DNA of 64,000 nucleotides from Owenia fusiformis (taxonomy: Eukaryota), in the NCBI GenBank assembly GCA_903813345.2, contig CAIIXF020000001.1, forward strand, positions 1,984,001 through 2,048,000, in the 5' to 3' direction. Below are positions 14,200-27,900 of the stretch, piece by piece (position 1 is the stretch's first letter; every line of letters begins with the position of its first letter). The translations under genes were made by a program, and so were the position numbers. Below the pieces are notes generated by a model, which saw only the letters and a program-made list of their open reading frames with translations, was not told where the DNA came from and did not search any database.

Positions 14200-14700
14200 A
14201 GTAGCGATTAGTTTTTCAAGAAAAAGCATTGAAGCGATTGTTGTCATTATTTCGTCAGGTAAGCCACAAGCCGATGCAGCCAGCTATTGTTCTTAGACAT
14301 TCGTAGCATCTCTGAATAAGCCCCGTGCTCAGCACACGTCATCCGACCTTTACGACCTTTCTTTTGTGATACAGTGTCAACCAGAGAGATGGTGGAGACT
14401 GGTTCACTTTCAGCTAACTTCAACTATTGCTAGGAATCAACGAAGGACAACATATATATTCATGACAGAGAAAGGACAGTTTTTATTTCATGACAGACAA
14501 TAACATTCATAATATTTGAGGAGTGACATTGAAAGCATTGGACAATAAAGAGCATTCATCATCCTTTTTCAACGCAAATCAAAACAAACATTCTATTAAA
14601 AAACTATATGGACTATTTTTAGATGCAAGATTAAAAGAAAGCAGATACAAAAGATAATTTTTGTGGAAACGAGGAAGAAAAATCTTCGTGCTGATCAAAG
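14200..14700 (+). other. Candidate distal first (non-coding) exon region; 5' boundary approximate
   Basis: CpG-retaining block 14200-14450 with two strong donors, CAG|GTAAGC (14259) and AAG|GTAAGC (14701). No in-frame ATG for the Hb frame before 14701. Confidence 0.3.
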
Positions 14701-17139
14701 GTAAGCTTATGAATCCTTGGTTTTTTATAAGAATCAATTTACATAAAGTTACAAGACAGAATGACATAAAATATTTCATCGTTAAAAATAAAACTTAAAC
14801 TGAAAGAAATGTGGTCAATAGTGCATCAGTTAATTACATATATTATTTATTTCATGTTAAAATTCAGTTTTTAAAACTTTGAATTTAAAAGTTGGTTTCC
14901 TGTGTGGTTACAAGCTTGTCAAACAGCTGACAGGTAAAACACAACATGTGACCATTAACGTGTTTTAGAATAATTTCTTAAGTACCCAATTTATGTATTT
15001 TAAACCGAAACAGTTATTCCATTCAAAGCATAAAGGTTGGGTGTTATTTTGTAATTCAGAGAAATATTGGAGAAGGTATCTGAACAGATTTAAGAAAGTA
15101 TATTATATCTAGAATATACTGAGATTGATTACAAATAACATATCAAACAGAAAAAAGGAGACATTAAACAGAAGATAATTTTTGAGGAAAATTTGTGAAT
15201 AGATAGCTACTCCTAGGAGTCTGCATTGGACCTACAACATAAAGGTAACTCAATCTATTAGCAAAACAAATCTTGAATTAATCATTTAGCAATGATCCAT
15301 TATTAATTAGATTGAAGTTTTGGGTGAAATTGGGTGTTTTAATAGCTATATGTTGAAAAAGGAGTGTGCTGATATGACCTAGGAGACCAAGATCTTTGTA
15401 TCTTAAAATTGAATCATATATCCCGGGGCCTATAGAAATTTTATTAGGTTTAACAATAGGCTCACATATGGCCATAGTTTCAACAAACTCAGTGTTACCC
15501 CAAGGTGTTTCAAATAGTGTCACTAGATTTCTAGAGATAAATGAGAATTGGTAAATTATTTCTGAATGTATTTTCCACATGTCACACTTTTTGTCAAATA
15601 TAATTTTTTTCTTCATTTATTTTTCTGCATTGTTTTTCATGTCTTTTCAACTTCTTTATTGTCTTAAGTTTAATTGGCTGTTAAATTGGTATATAAATTG
15701 ATTTTTTTAAAGATGCTTGAAAAATAGTTCAAGAGAACTTGATATTCGACTTCATTCTGTATTGATATATAAAAATACAATAACTCCAATAAACGGCATT
15801 CAATTTCAATACTCGTCTATAATGAAGATATCAACTTTCTTTTCAAAACAGGTTGTTTTTATAATTTATTAAACTCTTCTGACTTTTGCCCTTTGATTTG
15901 TACTAAATGTCAAAAAACATGCGCCTGACAATAAAACATATGTACATCTGCTTGAAAGAGCAAAAATCAATAGTATTTTGTCTAAAGAGGTGTTAAATCG
16001 TGTTAAACACACTATAAAGCGTGTGCAAATGAAAAAATATCCGTAGTTAATTGTTTTATTGTTGTAGTAATTTAGTTCCAGGCATAAAAAATGTTTTCCG
16101 TAATTGATACATTTATCTGAATTACGGGAGGTTATAACAAGCGTATAGCGGCAATTAATCCATATATTTTTACATTAATCTTTCTTAGTAGTATAACGTT
16201 AGCGGATTAACATTCTGCGACATTGCATGAACTTTGTAGTCTTTTTTAATATAGGGTTTTGTGTTTTATTTTTCTATTAACAATTAGTCAAATTGGTAAT
16301 ATCATTTTTGTAATTATGTTGTAACAATTAAGTGATTGTAAATCTTGTATTGAATTGATTGGACTTCCCTTGCATAAGATGACATGATTTTACATTGTAG
16401 CTCCCTTGCTGAAGATAACATGGTGTAGACTACTTTTCCAATAATTTTATCATAAAAGTCTACTCATAAAAACTGGAAAGATATTTAAAAAAAACATTGA
16501 AAAAATAAAAATCAATGACTATAGCTCCACAAAAATAACAGATAAACTTAAAGTGTATCAGAAGTCTACCACTGATAAAAGAAACCATGAAAAAGTTGTG
16601 ATATCTCTTTGTTATTGTACTTGTATTATTCACCTATATGTTACATAAGATCACAAAGTCAAAGTACAGTTTCACATAGATACCAGGGATATTTTTGATA
16701 TTATCGAAGCCAGTTATGTCCTACGTATCTGGCTGACATATAAATAACAAATACTGAGAAGTCAATGTTCAAGTCGGCTCTTGATAAAACAATAAACATT
16801 TGATAAAACAATTATATAATTCTTTATCTCAAAATGACCATAGTGGAGTTTTGGATTTATTTGCAGTGTGCTAAGATAACATGTCAAGTGTTTTGGTGTA
16901 TTATATGAGAACTAAACCAGAGCGTTTAACATGTTAGAGAATATTCAGAATTTGCCAATTTTGCAAAAATTGCCAATTTTTTTAAATGTAAAGATCAGAG
17001 GTTGAGTCGTTGGTTGGGCCTTACGTGTATGGAAAACTCCCATGTATCGCCACATCAACATATTGTGCATCGACATAAGCTATGAGATAAACCTTTTTGC
17101 ATTACACTTAACAACCAATGTTGCCTCTTGTTAATAATA

Positions 17140-17810
17140 TTAACTTAATTGTGCAATCAATTGCAATTTATTCAACATAAGCTCTTTGACAGAATGCATT
17201 TATTCAACATTTACTTTGTTGAACAATCAATTTACTCAATTGCACAGTTAATAAACCCAACATTTTTTGAAAGCGCTACCAATTCAACTCAACATTAACT
17301 CAGTTGCACAATCAATTTACTCAAAATAAAATCTGCTACATAATGATTTATGTAACATTGTCTCAGTTGCACATATCTTTGAAAGCAAAATCAGTTCACA
17401 AATTGCAGTTACACGACACAATTACACAAATGGCTAATGCCTGTGTTTTCTTTATTTTTACAATCTAATTTTATTTTCTGATATTTGAAGGACTGTCCAG
17501 AAATAAAGCAGACCTGTTGGACTTTTTATAAAGTGTTGTATGATATAGAATGATGAGAGGAAAAGACATTGTAATATTTTTCCCCACTTTAACTTTCAAC
17601 TCATCTTCAACCCTTCTAGTTCCTCAAAATAAATGCAACTGTATAATCAATTCACTCAACAGTTGTTCAGCATCAACTCTCAATGTCACTTACTCAACGT
17701 CACTTTCCTCAACATCAACTATGTTACCGAGCAGTTTACTGAAAATAATACTGTTGCTTTAGTAATTTACTCAATATTTCTATGATGCTTTACTCAATTT
17801 CTATTTTGCA
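17140..17810. repeat. Highly degenerate minisatellite (TTTACTCAAC / TCAGTTGCACAATCAA motifs)
   Basis: Recurrent tttattcaacat, caatcaatttactcaa, tcagttgcaca and tttactcaat motifs. Confidence 0.55.
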
Positions 17811-19690
17811 CCACCAGTTTGAAATCCAAAAGAAAACTTACACAATTTATATTACCAACCCCCCCCCCTTATATATTTTTAAGGGATGTGTCCTCTATAT
17901 TTTTGATGCACCTATTGACCTCAACTCTTGACCGAATTTGGTAAAGAAAAATATATTCTTGTGGTATGATAAAAATAGCATTCGGTAGGTCATATTTCTT
18001 TAAAAATGAACTTCTTTTTTGATGTCCAACTTTGATGAAATGTTCTATTTTTCACGAGATAAACACAAATTAAGTTTATGGTTTACTTTAGGTTTTGTGG
18101 TCGTCTAGTGTGGTGCAGAAAAATTGAATTTTACTTATAATTGTTCAATGTCCAAGCAGGTTCTGTATTAATGAGGTGAAGGTTTCTAGTGAGAATATTG
18201 AAAGGACATCAATGGAACTGACCACTTTATTTGGTACAATTCTCTTTCCCATCTGTGCTTAAATAAATCTTGGAAAAGCTGTAATGCATCCATGCATTGT
18301 TATTGTATTCTTAGTTCTTTATATCATCACTGACGCAATAGAAGAAATTATAAAATATAGTTCTCATTTAATTTATTTTTATCATTATGACATTCAAAAA
18401 GATAAAATTGTACTCTAGTTAGTGTAGGTGCTGCTCTAAAGGTGCTATATTACAATGTCAAGGCACGTAGATATACTGTGTGGTTTTGGCCACCAAATGC
18501 AATGAATGGACATGATTTAGAAAGAATGGGAATGGAATACAGATATGCTATTGTTGCTGAAAGCTAGAGGGACTCCTTGGGTTGGAGGATTTAAGTTCAG
18601 TGTCATTTTTTAATAAGTCTATAATTCAAACCTATGTATCCAATGACATTTTGTTTTTAAATCAAATAAGATAACATTTAAAGAATTATCAATTTTGATG
18701 AAGCATTGTAGAATAGTCTGTAGTTTATATAAATTCCTCGGGGAATTATATAATAAAATACCAAAGACTAAAAAAGTAAATAATTCAATACTTTTGGAAC
18801 AACCCTCAACTCTGAACCAAGAATGTCAGCCTCACCAACACTGTCAATGTGTGTGTCAATGTTGATCTGAGGCCCTTGTTAATCCATGTTAGCTACACGA
18901 GTAGGTACCCAGGAAGCTATCAATTACCTGGTCACACCTGACCTAACCATGATATCCCAGATCTTTGGCTCATTCACCTTCTTCAGAGTGAAAGAAAATA
19001 TATCATTGCCTTTGGTAGTATCAGTTCCAGATGGTCCAACCGGGAGCAGGGGTCACTCGGTACACTCATGAAGGTAAACATAATGTACAGTTAGTTTTTT
19101 GATGGATGCCATGAATGACTGGTGCTATTTTATGTGTTGTATATTTCCTCTAATGATCTCTTTCGTCTTTTTCACGAGCGTTTCAATCGCGTTTAATATG
19201 GATCTTCAGGTGCCTTTGGATAATGAATGGTGAAACTTTCATACTTTTTTCACGACGTGTCATTATCTACGCTTTCAGGGGCTTTTCATTTAGAATGAAT
19301 AAAAAATATAGATGGCCTATAAAGTCACATTGTAGCCCCCAGGAATTAATTCTGTAGATTTTACTGCTATACAGATAGGACTCAATATGTATTCATCATC
19401 CATAAACTCAGATTGGGAATTGAGATTTTACTTTTTATGATTAAATAAAATGAATTAGATAGGTGTCAATCTTCTTTCTTGATATATATCTCACCCCTAG
19501 ACCATTATAAAGTTAATGATTTAGATCATGAAATAGACAAAAAGAATCAGGTATCGTATAAATACATATGGACTCTCCATAATGACCCATTGTGTGAAGG
19601 CAGCAGTAGGAACAGTCCCCTACCATCTCATTCTCTTCATCTTATGACGTGTCTCTTGCCTGTGGATTTCATGCCCAAATATGGGTATAG

Positions 19691-19790
19691 TGAGGCATGA
19701 GGCACTGAGGCAGGTGAGGCAATTGCCACACCAAAGTTTTACAGAAATATATATTTCAGAACTACTGGCTTTACTCTGTTTGCCTCACCT
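19691..19790. mobile_element. Probable transposon-end remnant
   Basis: TGAGGCA x4 (19691, 19698, 19706, 19715) and the inverted repeat AGGTGAGGCAA (19712-22) / TTGCCTCACCT (19780-90), followed by CpG-rich sequence to about 20120. Confidence 0.45.
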
Positions 19791-20597
19791 ATTATATCAC
19801 CACCAAAAAGTGTTGACATATTGTTATGGTCTCCGTTTTTTGTGACGGCAGTTGGAGTTCGGCGGTTGGCAGTTGGGGATCGGTTAATCCCTCGTTTATT
19901 TTTGCTTCACGTAATTTAGATGCCCATACCTCAGAGGCTCTGTCCATGGCGTTTTTCAAAAATATAAGTGACATTGGTAAACGATGACATGAATGGTACC
20001 TGACATAAATAGGGAGATGTTAAAGACCTTGTATAACGAAAAAGTTACTCATAAAACAGGCACAGTCGTGAGGTGCGGTATGTAGTGAATGACCAAAATA
20101 CTTCTTGAATTCCCACGTCTGACCCTCAATATTCTTGCATGAAACCAGATGTCCAGATAAATGTATTTGTTTCTACTAATGGTCGACTTTTCAAAATAGC
20201 ATCACTAAGTGATACTCCTGTTTTAGGTGGGTTTACCTAAAAGAAACAAGGTCTTGTTACACTGGTCAGGAACACTTCAATCTGGCTTACTGACCTTCAA
20301 ATTGATGCACTCATTGCCCATGTAGTCTATTCTGGAGGAATGGGTCCACTGGGGCAGTAGTTCAAGATATGGGCCTGTGATTTAGCCCTATTAGGGCAGC
20401 TGTTTATATTATTCCCAGAAAAGGGAAGTTGTCAGAATTATAAAATTCCTCAGATTTTAAGATTCTGGTATTATCTTGAACAAAAGTTTACTTGATTGAT
20501 TGAGAGATTAATTAAAACTTTTGAATGTAACTGTGGATTGATTTTACCTTCAGTGTCAGACACTGATGCAGGCAGATGAAGATCTCTTTTAGAGATG

Positions 20598-20928
20598 CAG
20601 GGGCGGATCCAGGATCCAACAAGGGGGGGGGGCCCAAATTTCCGGTCAGAGAAAAAAACGTCCGCGCTTGCGCGGAAAAAAATTTTGGGCCCCTAAAATC
20701 CAAAAGTGGGCCCAAATTTTGAAATTTTGAGGCCCATTTTCTTCAAAATTTGGCCTGAAATTAAAAAATAAGGCCTTAAAAGGCCCAGTAATGACCAAAA
20801 AGGCCGACTTTTTGGGGCCTGAAGGCCTTGTTTGGCCCAAAAAAATTTTTGGGCCCAATTTTTTTTTCTGGGCCCACCCAAGGGGGGGGGGCCCGGGCCC
20901 CCAGGCCCCCCCCCCTAATCCGCCAGTG
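20598..20928. mobile_element. Non-autonomous DNA transposon (MITE-like), 331 bp
   Basis: GC-rich island with imperfect TIRs (CAGGGGCGGATCCAGG ... CCCTAATCCGCCAGTG), flanked by the direct repeat AGATG (20593-97 and 20929-33). The interior is rich in GGGCCC/GGCC and homopolymer runs. Confidence 0.85.
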
Positions 20929-23900
20929 AGATGCAAACGCAAACTTCTGGAAAGAGTTGATTGATTTTTGAATGTTATGTAAACCTAAACAGCTGAGATG
21001 CTTTGCATTCTGCAGTTGCTTGACATGATCTACTGTGTGCAACTGTTTATAGGGATGGGGTACTGTTAGGAAGAGCTCACTGTTGATCACAGGGTATAAA
21101 TATCTTTTCCCAGCATTTTTGTTAAAGAAATGGGACAGACGCAGCCAAAATGCAAGATTTATGTTTGCCAAACCAAAATTAAATAAAATTACCAGAATAT
21201 GCCATCGATGAGCACATCGCAGACAGCACATTTGAAAAAAGTGAAGATCAAAGGAGAACATATTTGAACAAGTAGATGCGTCTTAAACCTCCGTGTCTAA
21301 TCTTGGGCTTTGTGGGTAATGTGGCTTCTATATTAGTTTGCATCAAGATTGTGTGGTCGGTGTCAAAAAACAAAAGATGTGGACTTAAGAAGTCACCTAA
21401 GATTCACTGCCATCTGGTCATGTGTTAGTGAAATCTTAAGGGGTGGGTGGGGATGATGATAAAGGGGGGTGGTAGTTACAGTGTTTGGTTTTCAATGCTT
21501 GCCCAGTTATTGTTAGTTTACTCCTGGTCTGTGATTTATCTAAGCCTGATGCATTTTTGCAGCCTTATTTTCAAGCATAAAAATCATAAACTAATACATT
21601 AAATAGTCTATACATGTATTAATTTGTTTAGAAAAGCTTGATTAAATATATTTAGAACGACGCATTTTCTGTTATTTTTTCATTTATTTTTAAAAAGCTC
21701 ATTATGAAACATTAAATAGATATTTAGATATACTAAATATGTGTTACAAAATATATAATTTGTTTATTCTGATAGCTTTTTGATATTTATTGGTTGAATT
21801 AAATTTTTATTATCATTTCATTTTGATTAAATCATTTTTAAGTGTTATTTCATTGATTTCAAATCATTATTTTAATGGATCAATCATCAGTTTTACAAAT
21901 TATCATTTTTTATATTTTTTGTACCATAAAATAAAAGACACTGGGATGTTTTAACTATGGACTTGGCCATCACAACTGGAGAAGCTAATTTTGACCAATT
22001 TATAATAACAAGTCAGAACCTTTCAACTCTTTGTTCTTTGGGTCATGCTTGTGGTTTCACTAAATCTCCATTGTCTTTTTGACTTTGTCATTTTTGAATC
22101 ATTGGTGGTCATCTTTGTATAAGACAGGTGTTCCAGCGGAAAATGTAACAGAAAATTTAATATAACGTTAACAATGATTTTTGATTACTGATATCAAATG
22201 TTGATGTTTTACTAATGGGTAGTTGAAAAAGACTACCAGATTGCATTTTTAGGCGTCTCAGAGTAATAAATGAAACTCTTAATTACATTGTAGAATTTTT
22301 AATTTGGTCTGTAGTTTTTAGAGCTTAATAGCTTGAGCTCCATTAATGGCCCAGGTTTAGGCAATTTATGAATGCTATACTAGGATAAAGAACTAGACAA
22401 TGTAACATCTCATCCATTGTCATCAGCACTAATATTGTTTATTTTTTGAATTAATTGAATAAAATCAGTGATCGTGATATCAAATAAGACCGGTTGTCCT
22501 TCAATTCTGGTCAAGTCATTATAACAAAGGGGTGAGAAAACCTCGGGCAATTTATTAAGCCTTTTCAACAAAGTTACCACAAAGAATGGACAATAGGAGT
22601 GAAAATTTGTTAACAATTAGTGCATTGAAGTTGACCTCGTTTAGATAATGATGCTTTATGAAAATTGATAATGAACTCGAGTGGTCAGTGATGGTATCCA
22701 TTTTGGGGAAATGTTTGTAGGTACTCAGTTACCAATGACCAATACAGTAGATACGCATCTTTTGTCAGAGCAATATGAAACACAAATATCCAGATCATGT
22801 GTCTTATTTGTATTTGGCATATTTACTCGTGTTATTGACAAAACTGACACTGTTGAAAGAGATACTGACATAAATAAGATGTATGGATAAAGCTTTGGGG
22901 AGGGACAAAAAATGCACCCATTGACCCCTTATACAGAATCTAAACACGGAAGTGATCAGATCACAAATATGTTTAGAACTCCTGATTAATACTAAAAGCA
23001 GGTTGTACAAACAAGGAGCTTTATTTTTTAAGTCTTTCTTGAAAAAACAAATCATAGCGGCTTGAGAGAAGTATCATATCATTTGTAGGAATGTTATATT
23101 TATTTGAAGTCATGATCTGTACCTAATGCACTTTTTGTACCGCCATTCATATCAAATGATGCCATTTCTAGCATCCCCATGGGAGGGGGAGGCTCTAAGT
23201 GATAAAAATCAGCCAATCACGACTGGCCGCTTTATGATGAGTCGTAAATTAGCTGCACACGACTTCATAAAAAGAATCATCATCAAGTTTATCATTTTTA
23301 TGAGAGATGAATTCTGATGGCCTAACCCTTGAACTCTGTCAGGGTTTTCATCGAAACTCATCAAATTTGATTACGAGAATATAAAGTAGTCTACAGGGTG
23401 CCCCATAGATTTTTTGAATTTTTTCTCTAATTGAATTAGACTGAGTTCTCAAATTACAAAAAGCATAACTTTTACAGTCACAAAGTTATCGTGGTTGGAG
23501 AGTCTTGTGGTATTGTCTTGGAAATTATTAATTTGTGAAAATCTCACTTTCTCTTGACTTTTGACAACAAAGGAATTGATTTGCATGACAAGTCAAAAGA
23601 TAAGCTTGTTGTATCCTTTTTACCACTATGCATTTCCAAGAACGGCACTTTAAAAGAGACGGGTCTGCGTAATAGTTATCATAGAAAAGCAGAACAGCGT
23701 AAATTATTTTTGAATGCGATGGAACATTAACGTCAGCATTCATCAAATTAATGATAAATAGTGTAATAAAACGAACCAATCAAATCCCTCTGTGTATGTC
23801 TTGCAGTTTTTATTAACACAATAATTTCAGTTTTTGAGACTCGTTATAATGAAACTGCGTTTTATCTGAATCTTCTTTAGATCAGCTTCCCATTTATCTT

Positions 23901-24390
23901 AGGGTGTCAAAAATACTAGGGTTGTTAATTTTTGATGCTCGTGTGGCTCTGTCATTAAGGTTGCATCTCATTAAAATCGTCATAACAACCAGGGGGTAAT
24001 TGACAGAGAAAAAGATAAGAGGCTATAGGGATTAATTACAGTTCGACTATCAGATTTTATAATATGCTCAAACTACTAGAAAAACTACATAGGTCACAGG
24101 GTTAAACACTTAAAAAGAGAATAATAATCAGCTTTTTTGCCGTCAATATGTTTTTTGAAGAGTCAATAATGAACATGATGGGCAGCAATTAAGCAGTCAA
24201 TTGGCTCGCAAATAAAGACTAATAAGCACTACTGGTTGAATTGATTTCACAAGCTTGTTGTATTTTTTAAGTTATTTTAGTTCATATCGCAATTTAAATG
24301 ACATTTATCACTTTTTAATCATGAATTCTTTCATATAATTGGTTTTTAATAGTGATTATCAGTAAAAGATAGTGATGTTTGTATTTTCAG

Positions 24391-24561
24391 TGTGTAGATT
24401 TCCGAGGAGGTTTCGTGACGACCAGCTGACTTTTCGATGATTTCGTTAAAGCCCCAGACAGCTTCTGTTCAGCACAATCGGGTACAACTTGGCACAATCC
24501 ATGATCACAAACATTTACAGACTGACAGTCAGAGAGCACAACGCCACATCACTGACACAAT
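24391..24561 (+). other. Candidate internal non-coding (leader) exon
   Basis: Acceptor tttgtattttcAG (24389-90), donor t|GTAAGA at 24562, higher GC/CpG than the flanks, stops in all three frames. Confidence 0.35.
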
Positions 24562-24854
24562 GTAAGAAACAATTTTAATCATATTAAATCATGTTGAATA
24601 AAGTAGAATAGAAGGGAATAAATCAAAATTCAATCGAAAAATATTTTCTTCGAGAAATTACTTTACAGCTCAAGTATTCAATGTTTTAGTTTCTGTTCCC
24701 ATCTTTCTTCTTCCCTACCCTTGTAGATTATTTAAGAGGTGGTTGCACAACAGAGGCTTGATCAAGAATAAAACCAAGCAGGGAATACTAACCCTTTATC
24801 AGGGAACAACTTTATCCCACTCTCAATATTGCTGATAAAGCTATGAACTCACTT

Positions 24855-24909
24855 AGCCAATCAGATCAAGTCATCCTTCAGTGAGCCTATCAGATCAAGT
24901 CATCCTTCA
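24855..24909. repeat. 29-bp-period direct duplication containing a CCAAT box
   Basis: AGCCAATCAGATCAAGTCATCCTTCA followed by AGCCTATCAGATCAAGTCATCCTTCA. Confidence 0.85.
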
Positions 24910-27900
24910 AGAATGTCAATTTTAAAAAGTAAAGCATAGGTGTAGATTTGATAGGTCGAAGGCCAAATGGGAAAATGTGGTTCTTACTCAGAGGATATTG
25001 TTCTATTCTAGCTGGTCAGATTAGGGTAAAACACGAATTATGTCACATTAGTTATTTATTTTGCATTGACCACATATACAGCTGATTGCAGATACAACAA
25101 AACTAATAACCATACACTGTAATCATTGAATAAAAATAAACATGAAATTATGCACTGTAAAAATAAATTGCATGAATTTAGTAACAGTGGATGTTATTAT
25201 TAAGCTGTTCTTAAAAGCTGCTATGTTGCTTACAAATGACACCCTTATGATTCGTCTACTAATTGCATTTCTAGATTTATTATCTATTTAATTTTACAGT
25301 TGATCCCACGTCTTTTTAATATAGGGGTCATAGGGACAATTTGCTCTTTATGGTTTCTTTGTTGAAAACAATGAGTAATTAATTTAATTTCATCTGTAAT
25401 TTCTTGGGATAAGATTCTGACAAGAATTCTAGTTCTGAATTTTTTGTATAGAGGGCAGTTGAATCATTTTCATTCTTAGAGCATGTTGTTGTTACCATCC
25501 TTTTACATTCATTAAGGCATCAATGAATGTAAATATTGGTGTAATACAGATCTATACAGTTTTTCTCGAAAAATTCTTTATTTAATGAAATTATCATTCA
25601 AAAGTGTGAAGTTAGATGACCTTTGGAGATGTGGAAAGAATAATTAATTTTGTTATTGTCCACATATTTGTAACATAACAAGTTGGCAAAGTGTAATCTA
25701 TAGATAAGAAATATTAAACTTTTATTGGTCTTTTTGTTCTTTTGAGTGGTGTCTACTTGTGAATCGTGAGGAAATTATATTCGAACATTACTAAGAAATA
25801 ATGTAGCATTTTAATTGCTACAGATATAAGAAGGTGTATTTATTAAAGCACTCAGCATGATGTAATGTATTTGTAGACCCAAGCATGATAACGTCATTGG
25901 TTATTTTTGAATCATTGGGCGACAATTACATTTATTCTTTAATATAATGAAATTCCAAGAAATAATTAGTTGATCAATTTCTCCATTTTGGCAATAACTT
26001 AAATAACTAGTTCATGATAATTATTGTTTTTTGAACACTAAATGTTTATTTCAAAATGGCCAACATTATATCACCTTTCAGATGTGTGTTGGTCAAAATT
26101 CCTTTTGTAAAATGGAATCCTAGTTCAGCAAAAGCTACGTCATTGGTCACAATGTTGTTGTAATGCTGTGTAGAATAATATACAACAGAAATATGATTAT
26201 TGCTATAAAGATTTAGCGTGGGTTTTGTGATTGTACAACATGTATATACGAGATCTTAAGACTTTAGACATTTAATTAATTAATTCTTGATTTTTACTAC
26301 ATACAATATATGGGAAAGAATGAGTCTATTAAACTTATTTTTCACACAACCAGACTTTGGAAAAAATCTGAGTTTTTTTGATAGCAGAGGAATATTTAGG
26401 CCAGGATAAGCATTTACTCATTTTACTGACTAATCGGAAATTAAGAAAAGAACAATCAAAAGAATAATTGTATTTGTGGCATTGAGGTATAACCTACCAT
26501 TTATAAAGTATTAAATTGACAGTCATTATATTATATTTGCTACATTAATAGACGTTTTTACTACTTTATTAACTTGTTTACCAACGTAGAGTAGACAGTC
26601 AAGAAAAAACTGTATTGTGTTGGTATGATGATTAATGTATGCGAGGTATGTGGGCGGGGCAGGTTTATGTGATGAGGGCCTATACAGAGAGGATGATAGA
26701 TGTATACTTACTCCATACACTTATCATTTAAACTGTCTCCATTTCTTTCTCCAACAACTGTAGGAATGTTATAAGCTACAGATGTTGCCATTTTCTCAAA
26801 TATTTCATCATTTCATCTGATTGGGGAATTTTTATAGGGTCAGTTGATGTCTTGAGGGATCAGTCTGGGCACCATCATTATATATGTGCATATACTTCTA
26901 TCGTTAAACCACACCCTCTTGTCTAAAGAGAGGCTCTGGAAAATCAAAATGATGTAATTCAGTTTTGGTAAAAATTATAGCATTTTACAACCATTTAAAT
27001 ATGATTTCATGAATCAGTATTTTTTATGAAATGGGTTTTGTGATTGATTAGACACATTCATAGGAGGATTGCTCAAAGGGGAATAATTCTGCTGGGAGGT
27101 TTCTCCTTCTGAAGACAATTTACTCCTTTAGGAGATCACAGTGTAATCATGAGGATGTTTCATAGTTGCATCATTCGTTGCCTTACCAACAACTCAGTAA
27201 ACCACAATGTTACCATAGGGAGTCATCTCTTGTTACCATGACGAAATGAGTTCATGTACAAATAATTAAATATAGTGTTTCTATGCTATAGTATGCATGT
27301 AGTAATTAATCCTAGATATCTTTTGTATTAAATAATACATAGTAATTGCATACTGTTTCCAATTGAATACCCGAACATGTAATTAGAAAAATTGCATCTT
27401 TGACTCTTTTTGTTAAGCAAGCATGAAGTTAATTGCAGTATCTTCTTATATTGCACGTTGTTAATAATCACATCACAAGTCTACTGAAAAATAATAATCA
27501 ATGGGATCCAATTGCTGATACATAACTCCCTTAATTAGAACTAATGCAAGCTAAAAACTGGCATTTTAACTGACCAGTGTTACATCATAGCATATTTTAT
27601 TGATTCCATTATTGGCGAAAACTTATGCTCTGTTTTTCCTCACGCAAGCCTCAGGAATAGTTAATGAGGATTTAGTTGTTTGATGGATCAATGGAACCAA
27701 GCAAAGTAAGAAGATTTGAATAACTTTAGTATGTCAGGCACTTGTATAGTTCTATACAGTGTACATATCTTTCTAATCCAATCCTATTGTCAGTTAGAAA
27801 TGTCATATTAGTGTTAGGTAATATGACATATCATGGACAAGGCAAAATGAGAATTTTGGCATTTTTATATCTTTTAGCACTCATTATGAAATGGCATGAT

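Noticed and set aside
20512-21261. Overlapping minus-strand ORFs (up to 161 aa)
   Set aside because: They arise from the low-complexity GC-rich MITE and show no transposase motifs.
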